A stretch of 64,000 bases of DNA from a virus, in IMG/VR virus record IMGVR_UViG_3300005805_000045, positions 32,001 to 96,000 of that record. One strand, written 5' to 3'. Made by a program: the position numbers and the translations under genes. The notes under the pieces are model-generated. The model was not told where the DNA came from. It searched no databases and saw only the letters and a list, made by a program, of their open reading frames with translations. Of the stretch, positions 1 through 8,293 are shown piece by piece (the first letter of the stretch is position 1; each line of letters starts with the position of its first letter).

Positions 1-117
1 TATATCTGGCACAACATCATCAAACTGACAATAAAACTCATTTACCAGATTTTGATAGTCTGGAAGATAGTATGTGATGCCAACAAAGATTATTTCTCGT
101 TTTGGTATTATTAGCAT
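1..117 (-). CDS. Usg-like protein, partial (runs off the window start); not in ORF track
   Basis: ATG at 117 translates to MLIIPKREIIFVGITYYLPDYQNLVNEFYCQFDDVVPDI, resembling the alphaproteobacterial Usg family pattern (I-x-Y-x-[ML]-P-D-[HY]...F-x-[WC]-Q-x-x-D-x-x-P); late promoter 4 nt upstream. Confidence 0.6.
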   Translation of the reverse strand, partial: MLIIPKREIIFVGITYYLPDYQNLVNEFYCQFDDVVPDI

Positions 118-121
118 CTAC

Positions 122-128
122 TATTTAT
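122..128 (-). promoter_or_regulatory. T4-type late promoter (ATAAATA)
   Basis: TATTTAT on + strand, 4 nt upstream of the ATG at 117. Confidence 0.55.
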
Positions 129-427
129 GCGTTTTCAAGTATTCTCAAACTAATATTCAAATCGATGTCATTCAGTATATCTATTAGACATACAAGGTTT
201 TTGTTTTGATGTATATGAAGTAAAATTATTTGTTTGTCATTAGGGCTTTTGAGTAGAACTTTCATAATATTGTTTTCAACAGAAACAACAATAGCCTTCA
301 TATTTGCTTGTTTTAAATGTGCTGCTGCTTGTTCTTGCGGAACACATTCAATATCTTTTTTGAGAGACTGAGCAGAGACTGGAAAAGAAAGTAATAATGC
401 ACATACCAAAGAAATGACTTTGAACAT
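125..427 (-). CDS. hypothetical exported protein with N-terminal signal peptide
   Basis: MFKVISLVCALLLSFPVSA^Q: basic, hydrophobic, V-S-A cleavage; AAGGA SD; late promoter upstream. Confidence 0.65.
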   Translation of the reverse strand: MFKVISLVCALLLSFPVSAQSLKKDIECVPQEQAAAHLKQANMKAIVVSVENNIMKVLLKSPNDKQIILLHIHQNKNLVCLIDILNDIDLNISLRILENA

Positions 428-453
428 ATGATGTTCCTTTTATAACTTACGTA

Positions 454-461
454 TATTTATA
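454..461 (-). promoter_or_regulatory. T4-type late promoter TATAAATA
   Basis: Perfect TATTTATA on + strand at the end of the gp23 terminator U-tract. Confidence 0.7.
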
Positions 462-490
462 AAAAGAAAGGGGGGAACAAGTCCCCCCTT
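461..490 (-). terminator. Rho-independent terminator after major capsid gene
   Basis: Stem AAGGGGGGA/TCCCCCCTT (468-490), loop ACAAG, followed on the minus strand by TCTTTTT. Confidence 0.85.
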
Positions 491-521
491 AGGTTTGTAC
501 TAATCTATTTTCTTCTTCTTG

Positions 522-1862
522 TTAGGTCAAATTTCTAACTCTGAAAATTCTGTAGTAGATATTTGCGTTGTTTGCGTTTGCGTTACGTGGAGCAACTGCA
601 CCGTCACCTGCTAGTGTAGCAAATGGGTTAGCAACCATTCCGTAACGTGTCTTGAACCCAATCTTTGGTTGGAAGGTATCTTGGCCGATTGCACGAACCA
701 TTTGGAGAGGAACGTAGGGGCAATAGAAGAGACCTGCGTCATAAGGAGAAGTACCCTTATAGCCGACGGTGCAGAGTTCATCGCCTACAGAAGAACCACC
801 GAAATATGGATCGATGTAAACTTTGATGCGACCATGAAGAACACCAGCGAAGGTGTTACCAGTGTCGTCAACTTGTAGATTGGCTTGGAGAGCTGGAGTA
901 TAGTCGAGAACACTAGCCATAGCTAGGGCAGAAGCAACGTCTGAGGAGACGATGATCATGTTACCCTTGCCGCGGCGTGTAGCACGAGCAATAGCGTTAG
1001 CTTCACGCTCAATCTGGAATACTAGACCCTTGAACTTTTCAACTGACCAACGACCGTTTGAGTCGGTGTCAAGATCGAAGGTACCAGCAGAAGTTACACC
1101 GTACTGGGCGCCGATTGTAGCTGAAGAGTAGATGGTGCGAACGACTTCACGGTTGATTTCAGCAAGAACCTCGGTTGAGAGGATATTTGCTAGTTCAGTC
1201 TCAGCGTCTAGACCATGAACTGCCTTAAGGTCTTGAGCAAGTTCCATGGTGTATTCTGCTTTGAGAGCATGGCTACGAGCGGTAACAGTTACCTTGTCGA
1301 TAGCAAATGCCATTTCAGCAAATTGGTTAGTGGAAACGTCGCCAAGAGCTTCAGCTTGAGCTGTTGTCATACCGCGGCCATAGCCAAACACGTCATCGTC
1401 AGTTAGAGCGAAGACAGGGTTGGTATTGGAAATTGAACCACGAGTATTGCCGTTAGCGCCAAGAGCGTTGGTACCTGAGAAGGCAGTGTTAGCTTCGTTG
1501 AAGAGAGCTTCTGTGCCACCCTGAGTCTTGTACTTTGAACGCATTGCGAAGATAAGACCTGTTGGACCAGTCATTGGCTGAACGCCGCAGATATCATAAG
1601 CAATGAGGTTTGGTAGAGCACGACGAACAAGTGAAATTAGAATTGGATCATATGAACCAATGCTTGTGCCTGCACCGAGACCGCCACCAGAGTTAGTGGG
1701 AGCGACTTCGTTTAGCTGACGTGACTCTTCGGCCATAGCTTTTTCTTGGTTCTCAAGAATGATGGCTGTAACTGCACGACGATAAGGATCTTTAATTTGT
1801 GAAAGACCTTCATGGTCGAGAACAGGTGACCACTTTCTTTCTAGATGTTCAGTAAGATACAT
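522..1862 (-). CDS. gp23: major capsid protein
   Basis: T4 gp23 motifs CGVQPMTGPTGLIFAMRS, LKAEYTMELAQDLKAVHGLDAETEL, FQPKIGFKTRYG; probable gp21 cleavage at QLNE(52). Confidence 0.98.
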   Translation of the reverse strand: MYLTEHLERKWSPVLDHEGLSQIKDPYRRAVTAIILENQEKAMAEESRQLNEVAPTNSGGGLGAGTSIGSYDPILISLVRRALPNLIAYDICGVQPMTGPTGLIFAMRSKYKTQGGTEALFNEANTAFSGTNALGANGNTRGSISNTNPVFALTDDDVFGYGRGMTTAQAEALGDVSTNQFAEMAFAIDKVTVTARSHALKAEYTMELAQDLKAVHGLDAETELANILSTEVLAEINREVVRTIYSSATIGAQYGVTSAGTFDLDTDSNGRWSVEKFKGLVFQIEREANAIARATRRGKGNMIIVSSDVASALAMASVLDYTPALQANLQVDDTGNTFAGVLHGRIKVYIDPYFGGSSVGDELCTVGYKGTSPYDAGLFYCPYVPLQMVRAIGQDTFQPKIGFKTRYGMVANPFATLAGDGAVAPRNANANNANIYYRIFRVRNLT

Positions 1863-1895
1863 TTGTGTATTCTCCTTCTAAGTATCTTTATAGTT

Positions 1896-1903
1896 TATTT
1901 ATA
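1896..1903 (-). promoter_or_regulatory. late promoter of gp23
   Basis: TATTTATA on + strand; AAGGAG SD downstream on the minus strand. Confidence 0.75.
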
Positions 1904-1909
1904 TTATTC

Positions 1910-3610
1910 TTACTTTGGTAATGATTTACCGAGAGCACGGACATATGCATTCATTGGTCCTTGCAATTCTTCTGAGATCATGGATCTCCCATCAGCATCT
2001 TCAACATTATCAAGTGAAGTTTGTGCTGTTACTGTGGATGGGAAATAGCTCTCTTTGAGAGTATGGATCTTGCGAGCATACTCGTCAGTTGAGTTGAAAT
2101 CAATGTTTTCAGCAAGAGCGAATAGCTTGTCTGCTTGAGTGTCAGTTAGACCACCACAAGCACCTCTAAGAATTTCATACTTCTTAGATTCAGCAAGCAT
2201 CTTGTTGAGAGAAACATTGCGTTCGATTTCTTCGTTTAGCTTACCTTCAAGGGCATCGACCTTTTCAGCAAGACCTTCAACGATGGAAACTTTTTCTTCT
2301 GGAACATCGATATAATGTTCAGCGAATAGATTACGAAGACCTGAGATGAAGTCTTCAGTTAGTTCAGAACGAAGGCCAGATTCGATAGCAACTTCATTTT
2401 CTGCGATCCATTGTTCAACGACATAGTTGAGATAGTCATCAACTTGTTCAGTAAGTTGATCCATGATAGCAGAAACTTCTTCCTGAAGTGATTCAGCATA
2501 GGCTTCTTCGATTACAGAAAGTTCTTCTTGAAGTCTGGTATTGACAGCAGATTCGAAGATAGTTTCAGCTTTTACACGGAACTCTTCAGAGAGTTGTTCA
2601 CCGTCTAGAAGAGCATCGACATGTTCTTTTAGTCTATCATGAGCGAGTTGCATTGTTTCAGAATTTTTTCTGTTGTCTTCTTTATCTTCTTCTGAAGGTT
2701 TGAATTTAGATTTTCTTGCAGTTGCAGCGAGACGACGTTCAGCTCTTTGATGAACCATGCCTAGTTTCTTTTGACCTTTTTCTGTATCACCAACTTCATT
2801 GAGTTGTTCTTCTTCAGAAACAATTTCGAAGTTCTCTTCGATAGCTTCAGCAATTTGTTCTTCTGAATAACCTTCTTCAAGCATGGCATCAATGAATGCT
2901 TCTAGTTCTTCGGAAAGTTCGAAGTCTTCTTCAATCCAATTATCGTAAGAGGACTTTCTTTCCTTTGCTTTTTTTAGGGTTGTCTTTGCTTTATCAAAAG
3001 CGTTCATAGCTCTGCCATATCCTTTTGGATCTTCAGTAGCATTCATAGATGCGGCGTCAAGTTTATTTGCTCTTATGCGTTCTGTTGTTTCTTGTCTTTT
3101 TGTGCCATAACGACGAACTTCATCAAGAGCTTCTTCTTTCATCTCTTCTTCGTCTTCATCATCTTCATCATCTTCTTCTTTTTCAGCTTTTTTGGCTTCT
3201 TTGATTTGACGATAGAGTTCTTGAAGTTTCTTTTTCTTATCTTCTTCGTCATCTTCCATTTCTTCAGCCATAGAAGTCTTCTTCATTGGCTCTTGAGGAA
3301 CAGCAGATACGCCTGAACGTGATGAATCTTTCTTTGTTTTACCAGCAGCCCGAGCGCCAAGATTATCAGTGGGTGCACCTGACTCAGGTGTTTGCCCACC
3401 AAGATCATCAGCATCTCCTACTGGAGGCATAGAGCCTGGATTTACAAGACGACCCTCAGCGCCACGTGAATTGGGGCGAAGAGTTGCCATATTTGGTGTC
3501 ATTGACTTAGCGCCACGATCAGGATCTCCAGCGTCCATTGGGCTGACGGAAGGAATCATACCTTCTTTCATCAAGATCGCCTTCGCTGTTTCTGTTAGAG
3601 ACTTACCCAT
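1910..3610 (-). CDS. gp22: prohead core scaffolding protein (unusually long)
   Basis: LSEEFRVKAETIFESAV, VDDYLNYVVEQW, EDFISGLRNLFAEHYIDVP; between gp21 and gp23. Confidence 0.93.
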   Translation of the reverse strand: MGKSLTETAKAILMKEGMIPSVSPMDAGDPDRGAKSMTPNMATLRPNSRGAEGRLVNPGSMPPVGDADDLGGQTPESGAPTDNLGARAAGKTKKDSSRSGVSAVPQEPMKKTSMAEEMEDDEEDKKKKLQELYRQIKEAKKAEKEEDDEDDEDEEEMKEEALDEVRRYGTKRQETTERIRANKLDAASMNATEDPKGYGRAMNAFDKAKTTLKKAKERKSSYDNWIEEDFELSEELEAFIDAMLEEGYSEEQIAEAIEENFEIVSEEEQLNEVGDTEKGQKKLGMVHQRAERRLAATARKSKFKPSEEDKEDNRKNSETMQLAHDRLKEHVDALLDGEQLSEEFRVKAETIFESAVNTRLQEELSVIEEAYAESLQEEVSAIMDQLTEQVDDYLNYVVEQWIAENEVAIESGLRSELTEDFISGLRNLFAEHYIDVPEEKVSIVEGLAEKVDALEGKLNEEIERNVSLNKMLAESKKYEILRGACGGLTDTQADKLFALAENIDFNSTDEYARKIHTLKESYFPSTVTAQTSLDNVEDADGRSMISEELQGPMNAYVRALGKSLPK

Positions 3611-3640
3611 TGTTGAAAAACTCCTTTTATATGGTTATTC

Positions 3641-3647
3641 TATTTAT
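3641..3647 (-). promoter_or_regulatory. late promoter of gp22
   Basis: TATTTAT on + strand in the gp21-gp22 gap. Confidence 0.6.
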
Positions 3648-3653
3648 GTTTCT

Positions 3654-4304
3654 TTAGATTTTGCGAATGTAGTTCTCAAATAGCTTGAGTGCTGTTTCTT
3701 CTATCTCTCTACGGCTTAGAGTTTTGATATGTCTTCTTGTATCTTCTGCTGCTTCTGCCATTTTCCAGTTAGCGCCATCAAAAAACCATTCAACACCTTC
3801 CATGATACCACATACGAAAGCATCAGGTGCAGAAGGATCAGCCACAATGTCAGCAGCCGTAGCTAGTTTGAAATCATCTTGAACTAATTGAAATCCATTT
3901 TGTGGTTTGAGTGAACCAACACCTCTAGTTGAAACACCTAAGTTAGCACCACTATCGAGCAATCCTCTTACTATATTACCCATTGGAGTATCAACAATTT
4001 TTGCTTTACCAATGAAGTTATTGCCATCAGGATACAGTTTAGAGATCATGTGTGATACACGATCAAGGTTGATAGATGGTGTGTCGGGATGACCCAGTTC
4101 ACCATAAGCACGATTCTTGTTTACGTACTCTCTATTGTATCTATCAACTTCTTTGCTTAGAACAGCATATGGATATACTCTTCCATTTCTGTTTTGCCGT
4201 TCCGCTTGCATGAAGATACCTGTAATGAAATGAGATTTTTTCCCATCTTTTGATTCTTCAACAAGATATTTGATTTCTTCTACTTGTTCTTTAATCAACT
4301 TCAT
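3654..4304 (-). CDS. gp21: prohead protease
   Basis: NRNGRVY, GELGHP, LGVSTRGVGSL, DIVADPSAPDAFV. Confidence 0.97.
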   Translation of the reverse strand: MKLIKEQVEEIKYLVEESKDGKKSHFITGIFMQAERQNRNGRVYPYAVLSKEVDRYNREYVNKNRAYGELGHPDTPSINLDRVSHMISKLYPDGNNFIGKAKIVDTPMGNIVRGLLDSGANLGVSTRGVGSLKPQNGFQLVQDDFKLATAADIVADPSAPDAFVCGIMEGVEWFFDGANWKMAEAAEDTRRHIKTLSRREIEETALKLFENYIRKI

Positions 4305-4308
4305 TGGC

Positions 4309-4578
4309 TTAGTATCCTAATCTCTTTCTTTTTTGAAGTGACTTAGCACGCTTTCTGATTGCTTGCTGAAGTTTTGCTCTTCTTTTAATCTTGCCTGTTC
4401 TGGCACCCATCTTACGATTTCGGCGTTCAGTTGGTGACATTCTCTTGAGTTTGCCACCACGAATGGTCATACCAGGCACATTAGAGACTTTCTTACGTCT
4501 CTGCACTTGACCATTTCTGATTCTCAGTTTTACAATCTGGATTCTTGCAGCTTCACCTAGCTGCTCTTCTTGGTTCAT
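4309..4578 (-). CDS. gp68: Arg/Lys-rich prohead core protein (gp68-like, C-terminal part)
   Basis: Very basic (RMSPTERRNRKMGAR...KRRAK), directly upstream of gp21 as in T4 gene order. Confidence 0.6.
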   Translation of the reverse strand: MNQEEQLGEAARIQIVKLRIRNGQVQRRKKVSNVPGMTIRGGKLKRMSPTERRNRKMGARTGKIKRRAKLQQAIRKRAKSLQKRKRLGY

Positions 4579-4823
4579 TTGTGCTTTCTTTCAGCTAGAC
4601 CTCTTTTAGCATAATCAAGTGAACGTGGTATTGAATCAGTTGATGTCATAGAACGTCCAGTCATAGGATTCAATGGATATTGTTCTTTGACAAAATCTCT
4701 AGCAGCCATCATCTTCTTCATTTCGTGAAGTTTGGCTTGTGTAATCTCTGCGATTCTTTCTTTGATAAGACTCTCAGCTAGGGTCAAGTCTTTTTCTATA
4801 ATACTTCCTACGAAATTTTTCAT
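4575..4823 (-). CDS. prohead core-type protein (possible N-terminal half of gp68-like protein)
   Basis: Helical N-terminus like small T4 core proteins; ATGA overlap with next ORF. Confidence 0.5.
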   Translation of the reverse strand: MKNFVGSIIEKDLTLAESLIKERIAEITQAKLHEMKKMMAARDFVKEQYPLNPMTGRSMTSTDSIPRSLDYAKRGLAERKHK

Positions 4824-5341
4824 AGTGCTGCTGGTCCTCTATTGAATGCTACTGGATCTGCTGTTTGTCCTTGATCATAATCTCTGCCATCTTTTCTAAC
4901 TTCAATAAGGAGAGTGAAGACATCATTGGCTTTCATACCATAAGTTGATATGAGAATATCGCCATTTGTGTTTGCTTCAGGATTAGGAAAAGAACCACCA
5001 CCAACACCACCAAGAGGTTCGCCAATAAACTCGAATGAATCGTTGCTTATAACAATGATTTCAGAATTGCTGTCTCCGTGCCACTGCAACTTCATATATC
5101 CAGTTGAATTAGGACCAATTGAAGTTGAACCTTTAATCTTGCTAATTGCTGTTCTGTAATTTGATTTTGGATGTGTATTAGACTGCATGATGTAACCATT
5201 GGCATTTAGTGCATTTGCCAGTGTAGAAACATCAACCAGAGTTGTGTTAGCGAATTGTGTGCCGTCTGAAATACAAATATACTTTAGAAGTGATCTTCTA
5301 TTATTATCAACAATTCTATGTTCTCTTATCAAATTTGCCAT
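4820..5341 (-). CDS. hypothetical head-associated protein
   Basis: 173-aa ORF translationally coupled within the head operon. Confidence 0.6.
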   Translation of the reverse strand: MANLIREHRIVDNNRRSLLKYICISDGTQFANTTLVDVSTLANALNANGYIMQSNTHPKSNYRTAISKIKGSTSIGPNSTGYMKLQWHGDSNSEIIVISNDSFEFIGEPLGGVGGGSFPNPEANTNGDILISTYGMKANDVFTLLIEVRKDGRDYDQGQTADPVAFNRGPAAL

Positions 5342-7251
5342 TAGTGGTGCCTTACTGCAAAGTTAATTACTTTTTTGAGAGATGATACATCTTCATTAAT
5401 CATCTTTTCAACTTTTCTTTTATTCTCTTTATTTAGTGATTCGTGAAGATTCATAATTTTCTTAGCAACTCTGTTGTTTACAGTAATTGAAGTTTCTTCG
5501 AATAGAAGGTCTTCTTGTAAATCTTTGTTTTCAGATAGAATCCGAATCTTGTTGAAGTTTGATTGTTCGTTCAAACCTTTCCATAATGTTTCTTGTTCTT
5601 TTCTTGCTTGACCAGTTGCAACTGTACCATATGACTTGGTAGCATTTTGCATAGGATCTATAGTAGGAATTTTGAGTGAAAACTCATATTTTGGTGGTGG
5701 TTTTCTTGGTAATGGTCCAAGACTAGAATCTTTATCTCCTTCTCTACGACGTGGTCTTCGTGGAGAACGATCTTTTGTTTTTTCTTTAGGTTTAGGATTC
5801 TTTGATATGTCTGGAGTTGTAGCTGGTATAATTGCTGGCGCTGCTGCTGGTGCAGTTGCTGGTGCAGCAGCGGATGCCACTTCTGCGGGTGCTTTTGGTG
5901 TTTCTTTAGGTACTTCTTTCTTGTCTGGTAAATCTCTATCAGGATGCTTACCAGGTGAGAAAGAAGGTATCTCTACAGGTGTATCAAGTGGTTTAGTTTC
6001 AGGTTTTGCTGGAATTGTTGGAGCAGAAGGCAAACCAGATGGCAATTTAGACATCTCTGGTGGTATAGGAATTGTTTTCGCATCTTCACCACTACCAGGA
6101 AGTCTTAGAGCTTTTGATGCACCAGGAACTTTTCTTAGTATTTTTCTTGCAGGCTCTTCAAGATAACTTCCAGCTAAGCCAGCCAAAAAGTCTTTAGGAT
6201 TTACACTTCGTAAACCTTTACCAAAACCTTTAAGTCTTTCGGTTGGCGTTACAGCAACGTTTTTATTAGAGGGGGTTCCAAATTTGTTTTTTTCTTTTTC
6301 ACCAATTCCAAAAGATGGTGTCTTTGGTATTTTTTTTTCTTTTGGAAAATAATCTACTGCGGCTTCTTGTTCTCTCATCAGACTTAGTTTGTTTCTAAAT
6401 CTATTTGATGAAGATTCTCCGAACATACGAGGAATAGGTTCAGGACCTGAAGGTTTTGTTGGTTTTGATGGTTTTGGAGAAATTGGAGGACTCTCAGCTG
6501 GAGGTGCTTTAGCACGCCATGCAGCAAAAGCTAATCCTAATTCTTGACCAGTTCTATATGCATTTGGATTCAATTTTCCAAAAAATCCTTTTACTGGTTC
6601 TTTTGATATAACTTCTTTAGCAACTTCTACTCCCTGTCCTGGCATATCATGTTTTTGCTCAAGACCTTTCATAGTACTCATAACTTGTTTTGGCTTATCT
6701 CCACGTTCCCTCATTCGTCTCACAATATCAGCCATTACTCGGCGTCTTTTTTCGTCAATATCACTTTGTTTAGCATATGCTGCTATATCAGGAGGAAGAT
6801 CAGAATATTTGGCTTCGCTAATTTGAACACCTGCTGTATCACTATTAGGACCAAAAGGTATAGAAATATGCTTGTCTAGAGCTTGTGAATAATACAAAGC
6901 AACTTTTTGGTTGTCAGGATACACTCTAATAGCCTTTCTTTTCAAGATTAGAACGGGAGGTGCTTCTTTGTCTGATGGATATCCTTGTGGCATTCTCTTA
7001 TCAAACGCAGTCAGATGGTCTCTTTTAGCTTCTGTTATCTCATCAACAATAACATTGAGACTTTCAAGAAGAACTTTTCTTTCAGCTTCAGTCATTTCAT
7101 TGATGTTTGTTTTAGTCAATGCTCTCTTTATAAGAGGTAATTTTGATTCGTCAAGCAAACCTGATTCAACAAGTTGCGACAATCCACTTACAATATGATT
7201 TTCATCATTCGCATAATTGATTTGTTCTATAATTTGCTTGACTGTTTTCAT
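5341..7251 (-). CDS. putative internal head protein with long Pro/Lys/Ala-rich insert
   Basis: Ordered-looking N-terminal (ILKRKAIRVYPDNQKVALYYS) and C-terminal (LHESLNKENKRKVEKMINE) blocks; several [ILM]-x-E gp21-type sites. Confidence 0.6.
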   Translation of the reverse strand: MKTVKQIIEQINYANDENHIVSGLSQLVESGLLDESKLPLIKRALTKTNINEMTEAERKVLLESLNVIVDEITEAKRDHLTAFDKRMPQGYPSDKEAPPVLILKRKAIRVYPDNQKVALYYSQALDKHISIPFGPNSDTAGVQISEAKYSDLPPDIAAYAKQSDIDEKRRRVMADIVRRMRERGDKPKQVMSTMKGLEQKHDMPGQGVEVAKEVISKEPVKGFFGKLNPNAYRTGQELGLAFAAWRAKAPPAESPPISPKPSKPTKPSGPEPIPRMFGESSSNRFRNKLSLMREQEAAVDYFPKEKKIPKTPSFGIGEKEKNKFGTPSNKNVAVTPTERLKGFGKGLRSVNPKDFLAGLAGSYLEEPARKILRKVPGASKALRLPGSGEDAKTIPIPPEMSKLPSGLPSAPTIPAKPETKPLDTPVEIPSFSPGKHPDRDLPDKKEVPKETPKAPAEVASAAAPATAPAAAPAIIPATTPDISKNPKPKEKTKDRSPRRPRRREGDKDSSLGPLPRKPPPKYEFSLKIPTIDPMQNATKSYGTVATGQARKEQETLWKGLNEQSNFNKIRILSENKDLQEDLLFEETSITVNNRVAKKIMNLHESLNKENKRKVEKMINEDVSSLKKVINFAVRHH

Positions 7252-7403
7252 TACTTTTTGTTACCAAAAAAATCATTTGCCATATCGACTTTCATTTCTT
7301 CAAGTTTTCCTGCTGCTTTTTGGGCGAGAGCTTTCTTAAAGTTATCTTTCATTTCATCTAGCTTGCTTTCAGCAATATTAAAAATAGCTTGTTTGACAGA
7401 CAT
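7251..7403 (-). CDS. gp67: small prohead core protein (gp67-like); not in ORF track
   Basis: 50 aa MSVKQAIFNIAESKLDEMKDNFKKALAQKAAGKLEEMKVDMANDFFGNKK; AGGAG SD; TAATG coupling to the 636-aa ORF; late promoter upstream. Confidence 0.65.
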   Translation of the reverse strand: MSVKQAIFNIAESKLDEMKDNFKKALAQKAAGKLEEMKVDMANDFFGNKK

Positions 7404-7427
7404 GTATTATTCTCCTGATGAATATAA

Positions 7428-7435
7428 TATTTATA
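7428..7435 (-). promoter_or_regulatory. late promoter
   Basis: Perfect TATTTATA on + strand upstream of the gp67-like ORF. Confidence 0.7.
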
Positions 7436-8293
7436 TTACGTTTTGACTTGACAATCAAAATACAGAACTTCTAGATTCATGCTTCCACTAATAGCATCAC
7501 TACCAACTAGATTAGATGGTCCAGAAACAATTTCTACCTTTGCACCTCTTGGAAGAATGAACTCAAAGTCTTCTGGATTAGAAGAAAAGTCTGCCGCATA
7601 GATACCTTTTGAATTTTTCTTTACAAGTATCTGCATAAGAGCTATTTGATTTCTGCCCGATGCACCAACTTCTTGTTGTGATTGTGCTAGTAGAGAATTG
7701 AGATTTGTTGTCGTATCTCTGTATCCTTTAAATTTGAAAGATACTCCAGGCTGAAAGTCGTTGATATTATAATCAGGACCAATCTTAGTATAAACAATAA
7801 AGTCTAGAGGTGCTCTATTTTTCTTCATAGCTGAGTCAAGTGAAGCGATCATCTCAGGCATAGTATCATCAGGTGATGTTCTTTCAATTTTATTTGCAGG
7901 AACATCTGAAGGTACCGATGCAAGTCTTTTATTGATATCGTAATATCCACCACTTGTGAAAGCATATATAGCATCTAATTCTCTGTCATCGTATTTTTCA
8001 GGAGCATATGCTTGTGTAAGAAATTGATGCATCTGCTCAACTTCAGGAGCAACTGCTGCACTGTATGAACCATAATCATCTGCGCTTTGGGCTTTGAAAG
8101 TGTTAGTTCTTACAGCACGGTTGAATGGTACAAGTCTCTCATTCTGTACGATATGAGTAACTTGATTTGTTTTTGGATCAACATAGCGTCCAAATCCAAC
8201 ATACTTGAGACCAAGAGAAGCTGCTTGCTTTGCTGATGGAGAAGTATCATCTTGCTGAAGGAGTCTATTCAAATCTTCATTGATTCTTGTCAT
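7436..8293 (-). CDS. Alt/VIP2-like ADP-ribosyltransferase-fold protein with degenerate catalytic motifs
   Basis: ELDAIYAFTSGGYYDINKRL, LDSAMKK, FEFILPRGAKVEI typical of VIP2/Alt ART domains. Confidence 0.75.
   Translation of the reverse strand: MTRINEDLNRLLQQDDTSPSAKQAASLGLKYVGFGRYVDPKTNQVTHIVQNERLVPFNRAVRTNTFKAQSADDYGSYSAAVAPEVEQMHQFLTQAYAPEKYDDRELDAIYAFTSGGYYDINKRLASVPSDVPANKIERTSPDDTMPEMIASLDSAMKKNRAPLDFIVYTKIGPDYNINDFQPGVSFKFKGYRDTTTNLNSLLAQSQQEVGASGRNQIALMQILVKKNSKGIYAADFSSNPEDFEFILPRGAKVEIVSGPSNLVGSDAISGSMNLEVLYFDCQVKT

Noticed and set aside
1262-1280. gp23 ARSHALK versus the usual AKSRALK motif
   Set aside because: Single substitution that cannot be distinguished from ordinary variation or sequencing error
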